A stretch of DNA of 64,000 nt. Origin: Heteronotia binoei. Taxonomy: Eukaryota. The position numbers were made by a program, and so were the translations under genes. Shown piece after piece: positions 34,241 to 46,886 of the stretch. The DNA is taken from positions 64,108,001 to 64,172,000 of the forward strand of contig NC_083231.1 of the NCBI RefSeq assembly GCF_032191835.1, written 5' to 3'. The notes beneath the pieces were generated by a model. That model saw only the letters and a program-made list of their open reading frames with translations. It searched no databases and was not told where the DNA came from. Position 1 is the first letter of the stretch. The number at the start of each line of letters is the position of its first letter.

Positions 34241-37200
34241 TAATGGATGGCTGCCTTGACGTGGCGAGAGGGCTTGCGCAGTTCAGTGAGACTGTGGGCT
34301 ATGCCATGCAGGGCCACCCAAGATGGACAGGCTGCAGCTGAGAACCCAGACAAAATGCAATCCACTGGAGAAGGAAATCGCAAACCACTCCAGTATCCTT
34401 GCCAAGAAAATCCCATGGACAGTAACAAAAGGCTAAAAGATGTGGCGCTGGAAGATGAGCCCCTCAGGACAGAAGGTGCCCACTATGCTACTGGGGAAGA
34501 ATGGAGGGCAAGTCCAAGTAACCACAGAAAAGGTGAAGTGGCTGGGCCAACGCTGAAAGGACACTCAGTTGTGGATGTGTCTGATGGTGAAAGGAAAGTC
34601 CAATGCTGCAAAGAACAATACTGCATTGGAACATGGAATCAGCGAATTAAAATGGATGGGAATGGGCGAATTTAACTCAGAGGATCACTACATCTATTAC
34701 TGTGGGCAAGAGTCCCATAGAAGAAATGGTGTGGCCTTTATAGTTAACAAGAGAGTGAGGAAGGCAGTAATGGAATACAATCTCAAAAACGACAGAATGA
34801 TCTCGGTCCGTATTCCAGGCAAACCATTCAATATCACAGTAATCAAAGTCTATGCCCCAACCACTGATACAGATGAGGCTGAAGTGGACAAGTTCTATGA
34901 AGATCTACAACACCTTATAGAACTAACACACACAAAAAGATGTCCTCCTCATCATAGGGGACTGGAATGCCAAAGTAGGAAGTCCAAAAGTAACCGGAAC
35001 AGCTGACAAGTTTGGCCTTGGAGAACAAAATGAAGCCGGGCAAAGGCTAATAGAGTTTTGTCAAGAGAACAAGCTGGTCACAACAAACACCCAGTTCCAA
35101 CAACCTAAAAGGAAACTCTACACATGGACATCACCTGAAAGGCAATACAGAAATCAGATTGATTATATACTCTGCAGCCAAAGATGGAGAAGCTCCTTAC
35201 AGTCAACAAAAACAAGACCTGGAGCTGACTGCGGCTCAGATAATGAGCTACTCATTGCAAAATTCAGGCTTAAACGGAAGAAAACTGGGGAAGCCATCAG
35301 GCCATTCAGGTTTGACCTTGATTACATCCCTTATGAATATACAGTGGAGGTGAAGAATAGGTTTAAGGAACTAGAGTTGATAGACAGAGTGCTGGAAGAA
35401 CTATGGACAGAGATTCATGACATTGTACAAAAGGCAGCAATCAGCACCATCCCAAAGAAAAAGAAATGCAAGAAAGCAAAGTGGTTGTCTGATGAGGCTT
35501 TACAAATAGCTGAGGAAAGAAGGAAAGCAAAAGACAAAGGTGAAAAGTAAAAATTCACCCAACTGAATGCAGATTTCCAGAGAACAGCAAGGAGAGATAA
35601 AGACGCCTTCCTGAAGGAACAATGCAAAGCAACAGAGGAAAATAATAGAATGGGAAGGACAAGAGGAACATTTCGTGCAAAGATGGCCATGATAAAGGAC
35701 AGAAACAGTAGGGACCTAACAGAAGCAGAAGAGATCAGGAAGAGGTGGCAAGAATACACAGAAGAATTATACAAGAAGAATCTCAATGTCCTTGACAACC
35801 ATGACAGTGAAATCGCTGACCTTGAGCCAGACATCCTGGAGTGTTAAGTCAAATGGGCCTTAGAAAGCATTACTAACAACAAAGTGAGTGGAGATGACGG
35901 TATCCCAGTTGAGCTATTCAAAGTCCTAAAAGATGATGCTGTTAAAGTGATGCACACATTATGTCAACAAATTTGGAAAACGCAACAGTGGCCACAGGAC
36001 TGAAAATGGTCAGTTTATATCCCAATCCTAAAGAAGGGTAATGCCAAGGAATGTTCAAACTATCGCACCATTGCACTCATTTCACATGCCGGCAACGTCA
36101 TGTTAAAGATCCTACAAGCTAGGCTTCAGCAGTACGTAGATTGGGAACTACCAGAAGTTTAAGCTGGGTTTCAGAGAAGTAGAGGAACTAGAGATCAAAT
36201 TGCCAACATTCGCTGGATTATGGAGAAAGCACGGGAGTATCAGAAAAACGTCTATTTCTGCTTCATTGACTATGCTAAAGCCTTTGATTGTGTGGATCAC
36301 AACAAACTGTGGCAAGTCCTTAAAGAGATGGGAGTACCAGACCACCTCACATGTCTCCTGAGAAACCTGTATAAGGGTCAAGAAGCAACGGTCAGAATGG
36401 GATATGGAACAACTGATTGGTTTAGAATAGGAAAATGAGTTCGACAAGGATATATATTGTCACCCAGCTTATTTAATTTATATGCAGAGTACATCATGCA
36501 GAAAGCACTGGAGTATCAGAAAAATGTCTATTTCTGTTTCATTGACTATGCTTTTTTTAATGTATATTTTTTATTATTATTATTCATTATCCATTTCTCT
36601 ACATTCTTTCTAGTATCCATTTACATTTTTCCCCCAACCCACCCCCCTTAGTCTATACATCCTCTCCTTCTTCCAGCCAGGGACAAAGGACTTGTAGCTT
36701 CCACTGAATGTCCACTCTCCTTTTTTCCTTTGCCCATTTCAGGTAGGTCCACCACTTTTCTTTGATTCTTGATCTTCTTTCCTCCCATGATTCTTCTTGC
36801 GACATTATAGCAGCTATATCTGACTGGATAAAATCGAAGAGATAGTTATGCCAAGTTCTTTCCTTCCATTTACTTTTATCCTTCCATCCTGCCGCTATTA
36901 CTGCTTTACCCGCCGATATCATTCCTTTTAGTAAATCTTGATTATTCTTCCCTATTATCTCAATCCCTAATATACTCATCTGCATTAATTCAAAGTTAAT
37001 TCTCAACTCTACCTGAAAGAATTTCTTTCTCATTCCCACTACCATTTGCCATAATTTCTTGGCCTCAAGGCACTCCCACCACATGTGGGTGTACCATCCC
37101 TTCTCTTTCTTACAGTGCCAACACTTAGGGCTCAACCCAGGAAACATATTGTCTAAAGTAGCCGGAGTTCTATACCATTTGGTGAAAAATTTCAGTTCCA

Positions 37201-38651
37201 TTTCTCTAACCTTATGAATCTTAACTTTTTTTAAACCTTCCATTATCTTCTCCCCTGTTCGTTTCGTTATTTGGCCTTCTGAGCTCCATGTCCGTTGAAG
37301 GTAGCTTAACGCTCCTTCATTGCCTGAATTCATACTCCTGTATAAGATTCTTACTAATCCTTTTTTTGTTTTTCCCATTAATTTGTAAAACCTTTCCATA
37401 GGTTCTTCTTCATTTAAATTACTCTTCTCCACTTCCTTCTTAACTTTAGTATACAGTCCAGTAGCCTTAAGCCAATATTGTACTCCTATGGCTTCTTGTA
37501 ACTCCTGTAATGGTTTTAACTTATCTAATATTAACAAGTCTTCTACTCTTCTAAATCCTTTAATCTTAAGTAGTTCGCTCCACCTTTTCATTGATTATGC
37601 TAAAGCCTTTGATTGTGTGGATCACAACAAACTGTGGCAAGTCTTTAAAGAGATGGGAGTACCAGACCACCTCACATATCTCTTGAGAAACCTGTATAAG
37701 TGTCAAGAACTGTCAGAACAGGATATGGAACAACTGATTGGTTTAGAATAGGAAAAGGAGTTTGACAAGTATGTATATTGTCATCCAGCTTATTTAATTT
37801 ATATGCAGAGTATCTCATGTGGAATGCCAGCCTGGATGAAGTACAATCCGGAATTAAGATTGCTGGGGAAAACATCAACAACCTCAGATATGCAGATGAC
37901 ACCACTCTAATGGCAGAAAGTGAAGAGGACCTAAAGAACCTCTTGTTGAGGGTGAAAGGGGAGAGCACAAAAGTAGGCTTGAAACTCAGCAACAAAAAGA
38001 TCATGGATCCGGCCCCATCACTCCTTGGCAAATAAAAGGGGAAGACATGGAAGTTGTGACAGACTTCACATTTCTGGGATCCAAGATCACTGTAGATGGT
38101 GACTGTAGCCATGAAATTAAAAGACGTTTGCTCCTTGGGAGGACAGCTATGGTGAACCTGGGCAGTATAATAAAAAGTAGAGACATCACCTTGCCAACAA
38201 AAATCCGTATAGTCAAAGCAATGGTATTCCCAGTAGTAATGTATGGCTGTGAGAGCTGAACCATAAGGAAGGCCGAGTGCAGAAGAATAGATGCTTTTGA
38301 GCTGTGGTGCTGGAGAAGAATCTTGAGAGTCCCTTGGACTGCAAGAAGATCAAATCAGTCAGTCCTAAGGGAAATCAACCCTGACTGTTCCCTGGAAGGT
38401 CAGAAGCTGAAGCTCAAATACTTTGGCCACGAAATGAGAAGGGAGCACTCACTGGAGAAGATCCTGATGCTGGGAAAGACAGAAGGCAAAAGAAGAAGGG
38501 GATGGCAAAAGATGAGATGGCTGGACAGCATTACTGATGTAACTAACAGAAATTTGCGCAGACTTCGAAAGATGGTGGAAGACAGAAGGGCCTGGTGTGA
38601 CTTTGTCCATGGGATTGCAAAGAGTCAGAATCAACTGTGCGACTGAACAAC
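34241..38651 (+). mobile_element. RTE-BovB LINE, near full length and defective, with an internal duplication and an L1 insertion
   Basis: BovB-type 5' UTR (CTGGAGAAGGAAAT..CAAACCACTCCAGTATCCTTGCC). APE peptides (GQESHRRNGVAFIV, VYAPT). RT peptides (FIDYAKAFDCVDH, LRYADDTTL). C-terminal RRIDAFELWCWRR. Tail GACTGAACAAC. Confidence 0.93.
36553..37585 (-). mobile_element. L1-clade (L1/Tx1) LINE 3' fragment with an open 310-codon ORF2 C-terminus
   Basis: Stop-free frame with the zf-RVT-like motif KWYRTP..CWHCKKEKGWYTHMWWEC. Short 3' UTR, A-rich tail (T-rich on +) and a 16-bp TSD TTTCATTGA(C/T)TATGCT (36537-52 / 37586-601). Confidence 0.88.
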
Positions 38652-40041
38652 AGGGTGATTAGATTAGTCGGGTGGAGGTGGGAAGTTTCTGGAATGGAGG
38701 CAGGGGGAATCTAAAATTGGAGCCTGAAATGTTAACACGAAACATTGGTATGTTATTGACACAAGCGGAGGTGTCATTGATAGAGACAAAAGGTTGGGGA
38801 AGAAGACAGAAATTCAAGTGTAAAAGACTTTTCTTAGTCTGTGAATTCCGTGAAAGCTGAAAAGGGTGATGAGATTAGCTAGGAGTCTCAAGATCAGTCA
38901 CAGAAAATGAGATGGATGTATACTTATCTGACTTGCTCGATGCTTGCATGTTCTGAACCTTTAGGACATAGAATTTGTAGAGCTGGGGGCAACTTGCCCA
39001 GGGTGCTGCCAAACTCCATTTTGTGTGCCAAGCCTGGCAGAGTGTGTCCAGAGTCCAACAGTGTCATGGATGCTATGTGTTATAAATTTATGAGCATTGA
39101 ATTTGCAGATTGAAGGTCAAAACATAAATACTTCTAAAACCTTACCCAGGTGATCTGTTTGTCACTATAGACCAACATTGGCAGAAATAAAATACTAAAC
39201 CAAAGGAATCAGAAGCTGTTAATCTAAACCAACAGTCTCATAGTAAAATGTGTTCCAGATTACCTAAACTGGGAGCAGCTATCAAGCTCACAAAACCACT
39301 TTCATGATGAGACTGAGACTCAGCAGATCGATCCATCCATATTAAGATCTCACAAATAGCGACTACCTTTCTGCAGTTCAGTTCTCAGAAACTGAAGTGC
39401 AGTTTCAGCAGCTGGTTGAACTGCATAAATTAATATCTGTCACTTTTCCATCTGCACCAGACCATTAATACACATCACCAAGCTTTCAAGAAGTGAATTC
39501 TTAAATACCATGTTAACTGTTCAGAACTTGGCAGTATTAGAGCTGAATTTTGCTCATCTCTTAGGCAAAAAATATTTCCTCTCTGTAATAAAACCAGAAC
39601 TGAAAGGAGGGAGATGGACTGTATCTTTGCAGGACTTTGTTTGTTTGTTTGTTTGTTTGTTTAAAAAAAAGCTAGCAGATCAATTTTTTTTCATTACAGG
39701 GCTGGCTCTGGGTTTTGTAGGTCCCAGGCAAGACATTTGCAGAGGTTTCCCCTCCCCATAGCAATGGGCCTCTGTCATACATATAGAGATAAGTTTGCTA
39801 CGTTGGCTGGGCCTTCCTCTTATTTCCCCACTTCACCTCCCAGTGCCTATACTACCAACTGCTGCTGGATCTTCTGCTCCATACTTCCATTGCCCTTTCC
39901 TGCCCCCTTGCTCTTTAGGTCCAAACTGGCAGTGGGGAAGGAGCATCAGCAGCTGCCATTAGCCCACTCACTCTCCTTCCCACCAGGAGACTTCACTCTT
40001 TGGACCTAAAGGTAGCATTGTCATGGGGGGTGGGGGCAAGA

Positions 40042-40235
40042 GTCATGGCCAGGGGTAGAGCATCTGCTTGGCATGCAGAAGGTTTCAGGCTCAGTAGTCT
40101 ATATGAGATAGGTAACAGGTGATGTGAAAAACCTTGACTCCCCCTGGAGAGCTACTGCCAGTCTGAGTAGACAGTACTGACTTTAATAGACCACTGGTCT
40201 GAGTCAGCATATAGCAACTTCATACATTCATGTTT
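40042..40235 (+). mobile_element. tRNA-derived SINE with a CR1-type tail (old copy)
   Basis: GGTAGAGCATCTGCTTGGCATGCAGAAGG head, homologous to 30384-30610. A further older minus-strand copy is probable near 40890-41060. Confidence 0.65.
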
Positions 40236-41774
40236 TCAACCAGTATTGTTGCTGCCACCATCTTGTTGGATCCCAAGTGGCAGAGTGGGAGGGTAGGTGA
40301 GCAACCAAAGCACCAGAGGCAAGCTGTTCCTCTCACTTGCTGCCAGAGGAAGCAATTGGGAAAGGAAATTATAGAAGGGAGATCTGGTGATGAGGCACTT
40401 TAAGACAGCTTGATAGGCAGTGAGTCCCATGCCAGGTCATGGGCTTTGTTGGGCAGCGCATTGTGCAGACCCCCTAATATTGAACATGCCTAAGGGTGGA
40501 AAAAATAGAGAAGCATTAGGTGGACTTTATACACAGCATGGTTTTCTACAATCCCTGGATGGTAGCTGCCTGTTGCCTTTCCTTAGCAGGAGTGAAATTG
40601 ACAGTCACTTCCAGTGAACAGCTGTTAGATGTGAGAAAGCAACAATCAACTCTAGGCTATTTATTGTGCCTAACCAGCTTCTCCAGTGACTTCGATGTTT
40701 TTAAAAACTTGTTGAATGTCTGATAGAAGCTGTGTCACTATCAGACAGTTTATGGAGAGCATCTGAACATATTTATTAAAGATTACTGAGAAATATATTT
40801 AGTTTGATTAGCTGTGCTTATTCTTAAAGGAGAGTGAGCCTGCCAAAATGGACAGGATTTCAGTTTAACATAACTGGAAGCTGAAACGCACAGGAATATG
40901 AAGTCACTGTGTTGTAGTGGCTGGATAATGGGTTCACCTGACTGTCAGTAGTCCTCCAGGATGTCAGGCAGAGATCTTCCCCAGCCCCTGGTCTTTGCAA
41001 TCCTTTCACAAGAGCTGCTGGAGACTGAACTGGTGCCTTCTTATACATGCAAAACATGCACTGAACTGTTGAGTTGCGTTTCCCTCCCCATAGCTCAATT
41101 GGTAGAGGACATGGTTTGCACAGAAAAAGCATGGAAAGAGCAAACAGATTTGTCCTTCTGACCTTTTCAAGACTGTGTCCACCTTTGGAAAAGAATGAGG
41201 ATGAATTTAGCAGGCTCAAGAGAAAGAGATGAGAGCTCCCTTTCTCTTACTTGCTGTGTACAAAGGTCGCCTCACTCAAAAGTAAATTTCCCCCATCTGC
41301 TTCTCTCTCTACTGTACTGTACTCTCTGTATTTTCATGTGTGCTACTAAAGCTACTTATGTGCAAATGGGAAGAGAGCTTTTGCCCCATCCAGAGGACCA
41401 GCAGACCTGAAGAGTCTCCCTATCTAGATGGGAACATGGAAGTAAAGAAGTAAGGTCACTATACTTAGCTGCTATCAAATACCCTGACATTTATAAATAT
41501 GGCTCCCCACATGGCCATTAGCTCCTGTACTGGGAAATAAGAAAGACCTGTGGAAGTATTGGGCACAGAAGTCCGTCACTGGTGTTAAATATGTAAACCC
41601 ATCAAGGAGCTGACCAAATGTATCTTTGACTTACAAAGCCCTTTCCCAAGCATGAGTGTAAAGACCTGAGGAGAAAGGGACAAAGGGTCTGCACTGTGAC
41701 AGTTTCTAATTGAATAATGTGCAAAGTTGCATCCTCTGAGCCTCTGGCAGTTACTTTTTAGAATTCTTGGAGGG

Positions 41775-42205
41775 TTGGAAGATTGGAGGTGGGCAAAGGT
41801 TGTCCCCATTTTCAAGAAGGAGAAAAAGGAGATTCCAGGTAACTACCGACCTCTCAGCTTGACGTGTATTCCTGCAAAAGTTTTAGTACAAACCATCAAA
41901 CAGTCAATCTTTGAGCATTTAGAAAGGATGGCTTTGATTAGTACAAGCCAGCATGGATTTCTCAAGCACAAGTAATGCCAGACTAACTTGATCTCCTTTC
42001 TCCTTTTTGAGAAAGTTACTATATTGCTGGATCAGGGGAATGCTGTAGACCTAGTTTATCTTCATTTCAGTAAGGCTTTTGACTAAACATTAGGAAGAAC
42101 TTTCTGACAGAACTGTTCCTCGGTGGAACAGGCTTTCTCAGGAGGTGGTAGGTTCTTCTTCTTTGGAGGTTTTTAAACAGAGACTAGATTGCCATCTGAC
42201 AGCAA
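41775..42205 (+). mobile_element. CR1 LINE RT fragment joined to the 3' region across a large internal deletion
   Basis: DWRWAKVVPIFKK..PGNYRPLSLTCIP..SQHGFL..DFSKAF, then a jump at ~42080 to GACTAAACATTAGGAAGAAC. Confidence 0.8.
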
Positions 42206-42266
42206 TGCTGATTCTGGTTGAATCCAGATGGCCAATTTGGGCTGACACAGGCACCTTCAACATCCA

Positions 42267-42439
42267 GACCAATTTCGCAGTAGACCTTTAGCCCTGGTTT
42301 ATCCTTGTCCCCAAGCTGACATTCCACACTAAAATTATAAAATCACAGAGTCACAGAGTTGGTTTCTCTGATTCTAGTGTAGAATGTCAGTTTGGGGACA
42401 GAGTTAAACCAGGATTAAAGATCTAGTGTGAAATTGGTC
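42267..42439. mobile_element. Palindromic MITE-like hairpin (~70-nt arms)
   Basis: 42267-42336 pairs with 42370-42439 (GACCAATTTC..CACACTA / TAGTGT..GAAATTGGTC), roughly 80% by eye. Confidence 0.65.
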
Positions 42440-43174
42440 CAAGATTAAAACGATGCATTCAAATGTGCATATCTGGGTCCCGCCTCGCTCCCATCCTCAC
42501 CTCCTCCTCTGCTGTCTTTCTTCTGCTTTAAAAAGTCACCAGTTGATAACTGGTGGCAAATCACCGAAGGACTTCTGGGGTACCTTTCCCACCCATTTCC
42601 CACTGGGGAGCACCAGGGAAGTGTCTCCCATTGGCTTGAGTGGTGTGACCGCTCTTCCAGGGTGCACACAGCCCATCCGTGTTCCAGCAGCAGACTGTGT
42701 GCTGTCTGACCATCATGGGGTGCTTTCCACTAAGCTGGCTTTCTTCTGAGACAGGAGGCTGCTGCCCCAAGCTGCCTGTCTGTACCCAGCCTCTGTGAAC
42801 TTAGGCAGATCATGAGTCTGAGTTTGTATTTTTAGCTGTTTTATATTGTAATTTTAACTTGTTCTTAACCATTGTAGCTGTTTGTTTTTTGATGAAACCC
42901 ATGCTGAGCCTGCTTCACAGGAGGGCAGGCTGTAAACCAAATAATAAATGAGAAGGAGGGCAGGAAGAGTTGCATCAGTGCTTAGTTCTCGTGGTCCCTT
43001 CTTAAATGCCCAGGGAAATGCTGTTTTCTACTTTGGTGTCAGGCAGCAATTTTTCTCCTTTCCAGATTTGCCAGGGATCCTGGAGAGTTTTTTTTTCTTT
43101 TTTGCCATCTTCTGGACTTGGAGCAGGGGTCACTCTGTGTGTGCGTGTGTATATAGGGAAGATTCTTATAAATT

Positions 43175-43235
43175 TCCTGTGTTGTCCAGGGGGTTGGACT
43201 AGATGACCCTGGAGATCCCTTTTAACTCCATGATT
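43175..43235 (+). mobile_element. CR1 extreme 3' end
   Basis: GGGGGTTGGACTAGATGACC..GATTCTATGAT with the CR1 ATTCTATG octamer. Possibly the displaced tail of 41775-42205. Confidence 0.75.
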
Positions 43236-43971
43236 CTATGATCTTAATTAGGGTGCTAGCAGTTAACAGGAAACAGAATGTATGCCCTCAGTTATCAGGC
43301 TGCACTGCAACCTGTTCTGGCCAAGCAAGGTTTTAAATCACATTGCAGACATGGGAATTGCACATATGTATAAAATGCTACATGTGAAGACTTCCTGAGA
43401 ATAACACTAATAGCTTTCATGCTAATCATTTTGTCTTTTCCTAGAGGCAGTGTGACAATCTTTTTGTATTGTTACAGGCAGTAGGACTTTGACTGTTTTT
43501 ATAAGCTGTAAATCTGCCCCTCCTGAAGACCATTTCATAGGTTACTTGCTCAAGAAGGAATAACGTGATGAAAAAGCATGTCAAATATAATTTTATAGCC
43601 ATGTACAAACAAATACAGTACTGCAGCAGCATGAAGAAGAAACCATATTCCTCTGACTCCATAGAGATTACTGAATGGCCCTTAGAAATTGTGCATGATT
43701 AATGGCTGAAGGGGAAATAAGACTAGGTGTTGTGACTCTTCCTGTGATTTCCAGCTATTTATTTATTTATTTTATTGGATTTATATCCCGCCTTCCCCGC
43801 CAAAGCAGGCTCATGGTGGCTTACAACAATAAAAACATTTACAAACATTTTTCTGGTGTATTTCATTTAAAGACAGGCCTGTACCAATCACCCCCCCCCC
43901 CCACAAATCTGAGAATCTTCAAACTTTGCAGTGTGGTTGCTAAAAATATTAAAAGCGGATTCCTGTGGTGA

Positions 43972-44556
43972 TTTATTTATTTATTTGATTTATATCCCAC
44001 CCTCCCCACAAATACATGTTCAATAATTTACAGTAGTTAAAACAATTAAGACAGTTAAGACAAAGGAACAGAAACAGTCTATTAATTTGGTGTTAATCTG
44101 ATGGTGACGGGCTTCCTCCAAAGTTCTTAAATGCCAGTCAGTTGTATGCTAACCGGAAGAGGACAGTCTAGCAGGCCTTGCGGAACTGTCCAAGGTTCCG
44201 CAAGGCCCTCACTTCATCCGGTAACTGGTTCTACCAGCAGGGGGCTGTGATTGAAAAGGCCCTATCTCTGGTCAATTTCAGTCGGGCCTCCTTCGGCCCA
44301 GGGATTACTAGCAGATTTTGTGATTCAGATCTAAGTACTTTCTGGGGAACATGTGGGGAGAGACGGTCCCCAAGGTAGATAGGTCCTAGGCCATATAGGG
44401 CTTTAGAGGTAATAACCAGCACCTTGTAACGAACCCAGTATACTATTGGCAGCCAGTGCAGTTCCCGCAGTCCCAGCTGAATGTGCTCCCACCTGGGCAG
44501 CCCTAATAACAGCCGGGCCACAGCGTTCTGCACTAGCTGCAACTTCCAGGTTCGGC
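43972..44556 (-). mobile_element. L2 LINE 3' fragment
   Basis: Minus-strand frame KLQLVQNAVARLLLGLPRWEHI..LHWLP..RDRAFSITAP and a (TTTA)n tail at the left. Same family as 11478-14535. Confidence 0.85.
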
Positions 44557-46296
44557 ACAGGGGCAAAACAAAAATCCAAGGTCCCAGTACTCCATTTTAT
44601 TAGTATTCAGAAACCGGTTCCGGGCAGTTTGTTTCATTTGCTATTTAGTCATATTGAGAGACAATAACCGTTGAATACCAGGTGCTGGGAACAGTGTTGG
44701 CTCCTTCAAAGGGTTCTTCTCTCATGTTTGGCTTCTCTCATGTTTGGGATGGCAAAAGAAAGTGACTGTATTAATGGGATTTATGGTTTTTCACCTGCAT
44801 GTGGACAAAGCAGCTTTAGCCTGTCTTTTATTCCTTTTTTTGAAGTGGCCTTCCTGGAAAATGAGTTACCTAAGCAACAGATCATTGTGGGAAGAATGGG
44901 GAAGGATAGGGGTTCAACAGCAACGGGTGGACATGGGTCAATTATGAAAGGTGTTGTAATGTGCAGTGTTATGAAAGGTTAACAAAGGTTTCCAAATACA
45001 ATTTGAATCACCACATCACTTTTGGGAATGCTTTAAAAGGTGTACTGCTAACTTAGTTGTTCTTTCATTCATTATGTAAAAGTGTATTTGAATAATTGCT
45101 GGTATGATAATAAGAGAGAAGGTGTCATCTGTGTGTCTAATTGGACACACCTTTTGCACATGAATTTTTAACCAAATAGGCCAGTAATGGTACCAGATAG
45201 GCTAACCTGCTCTTTTATATCAGTGGAAGTGTCACTCAGAGATGCTTAACAGGGTCTATACAGTTCTTTATGCATGCATGTAATTGGTATTAAAGCTAAT
45301 GGGAGTTACTTGATGAGATTAACATGCCCCAGAGTGTCCATACTAAGCAGATAGATAGATGCATTTACTCCTCTTATTGTCTAGCTGCTTTAAATATATG
45401 AAATGAGTGTTGTTTTTAAATAAAATACAAACTTGTTGTGATATTAATTGGACATCTGTCTGACATTGTACTTTGAGTATCTATAGCTGTGATGGAAATT
45501 TATAAATGGCTTTGAACATTAAACAAACAGGAACCAAAACAGGATCACACTTCCTGTTTTCCTGCTTCACTGTGGCACCCAGAATACAAACTGGAGCTGA
45601 CCTTATCTTCAGGGTCTGAGTCAAGGAGTGACCAGACTGAGGAAATGTAGAGCCTAAATAGAGCAGATCCATACCTTTAGCATCTCTATTTGTGAGGTGA
45701 TTGTGGTAGTGAAAGGATCAGAGATCTAAGTGATTAGAGAGCCTTTCCTAGATAAAATGTGGGAAATGTGTGTGGTCATCTCTGGCCTGGAAGAGTTCTG
45801 CTTAGCCTCAACCAGAGCACCAGCCTGGTGTTATGCTTCTCTGAGTGAGATCCAGGCCCTGTGGTTTTGCAGGGTCAGCAAAATGGAGTTATTCCGCCAC
45901 GTCTATGGTTGAGGCTGCAGTAATCATCTGGATTGGCCTCCCCTCATGCTCTCTCTTTTTTGTCTGTTTGCCCTGCTCCTCTGTATTATTTTAACATCTA
46001 TTGTTACACTGGATGCAATACCCCCTCTAGGGTGCATTAGCTTGTCCCAGTGTTTTGGTTGCCGTCTGATACAGCCTGTCTGTTGGGTAAACCTGCCCGA
46101 CATTGTGAAGATTCTTAAGAGAACTGGGGCTCAGCTTAAATGTGAAACCTGTTACACGTTTACATTTTGCTACTTAACCAACAAAGAAGCTGCTTACCTA
46201 AGAAACAGTAAACTCATTATTTTGTTAAAATAAGGGCTTTGTATGAGTCCAAAGAAAGGGAAGAGGGAAGCCCTGGCCTGAAACCTGGACTGACAT

Positions 46297-46493
46297 TAGG
46301 GTTGCCAACTCTGGGCTGGGAAATACCTGGAGATGTCAGGGAGTCTGGGGAGGGGAGGAACCTCTGCAGCATATAATGTGATAGTTCACCTTCCAAAACA
46401 GTCATTTGCTCCAGCGGAACTGATCTTGGTTATCTAGAGATTAATTGTAATAATGGAGGATCTTATGGTGCCACATGGAGGCTGGCAATCCTA
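46297..46493. mobile_element. TAGGGTTGCCA-family hAT MITE (197 bp)
   Basis: TIRs TAGGGTTGCCA / TGGCAATCCTA. TSD ACTGACAT / ACTGCCAT (7/8). Confidence 0.85.
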
Positions 46494-46593
46494 ACTGCCA
46501 TCCATAAGTCCACAAATTCAACACATTATATCCATCCATACTATCTACATTTAGCTTTGCTGACCACTTGCCAACACACATTATTCCCTGCTA

Positions 46594-46717
46594 GGATGAA
46601 GTAGGAGTCAAGTGTACCTTTAAGACCAACAAAGTTTTATTCAGTCTTAAAGGTGCTCTAGATGCCTACTTTGTTCTATTGCTTCAGACCAACATGGCTG
46701 CCCACTTGGATCTATCT
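46594..46717. mobile_element. Penelope-like terminal repeat remnant with a short inverted piece
   Basis: GGAGTCAAGTGTACCTTTAAGACCAAC..GTCTTAAAGGTGCTCTAGA..TTTGTTCTATTGCTTCAGACCAACATGGCTGCCCACTTGGATCTA. Confidence 0.6.
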
Positions 46718-46886
46718 ACAAACCAGGATATTACTCTGGTTAAGAATGCTGATGTGGCCCTCCAGTTAACAAGGTTAGCATTCAGACATTGCTCTAAATT
46801 TGAGTTTAATCAAACTGTAGTTTATAAACCTTGATTTAACATAACATCTGATTTTACGTCAGTGGGCTTAGAAGGATGTAACTTTG

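Noticed and set aside
33798-34428. Endogenous viral element (hepadnavirus or retroviral env) in the minus-strand ORFs
   Set aside because: No diagnostic motif recognised. The longer ORF is partly antisense BovB 5' UTR. Kept only as a low-interest unassigned sequence.
36653-37591. 312-aa ORF as a novel host gene
   Set aside because: It is the C-terminus of an L1-clade ORF2. Its ATG comes from the target-site duplication and it is bounded by a TSD and A-rich tail.
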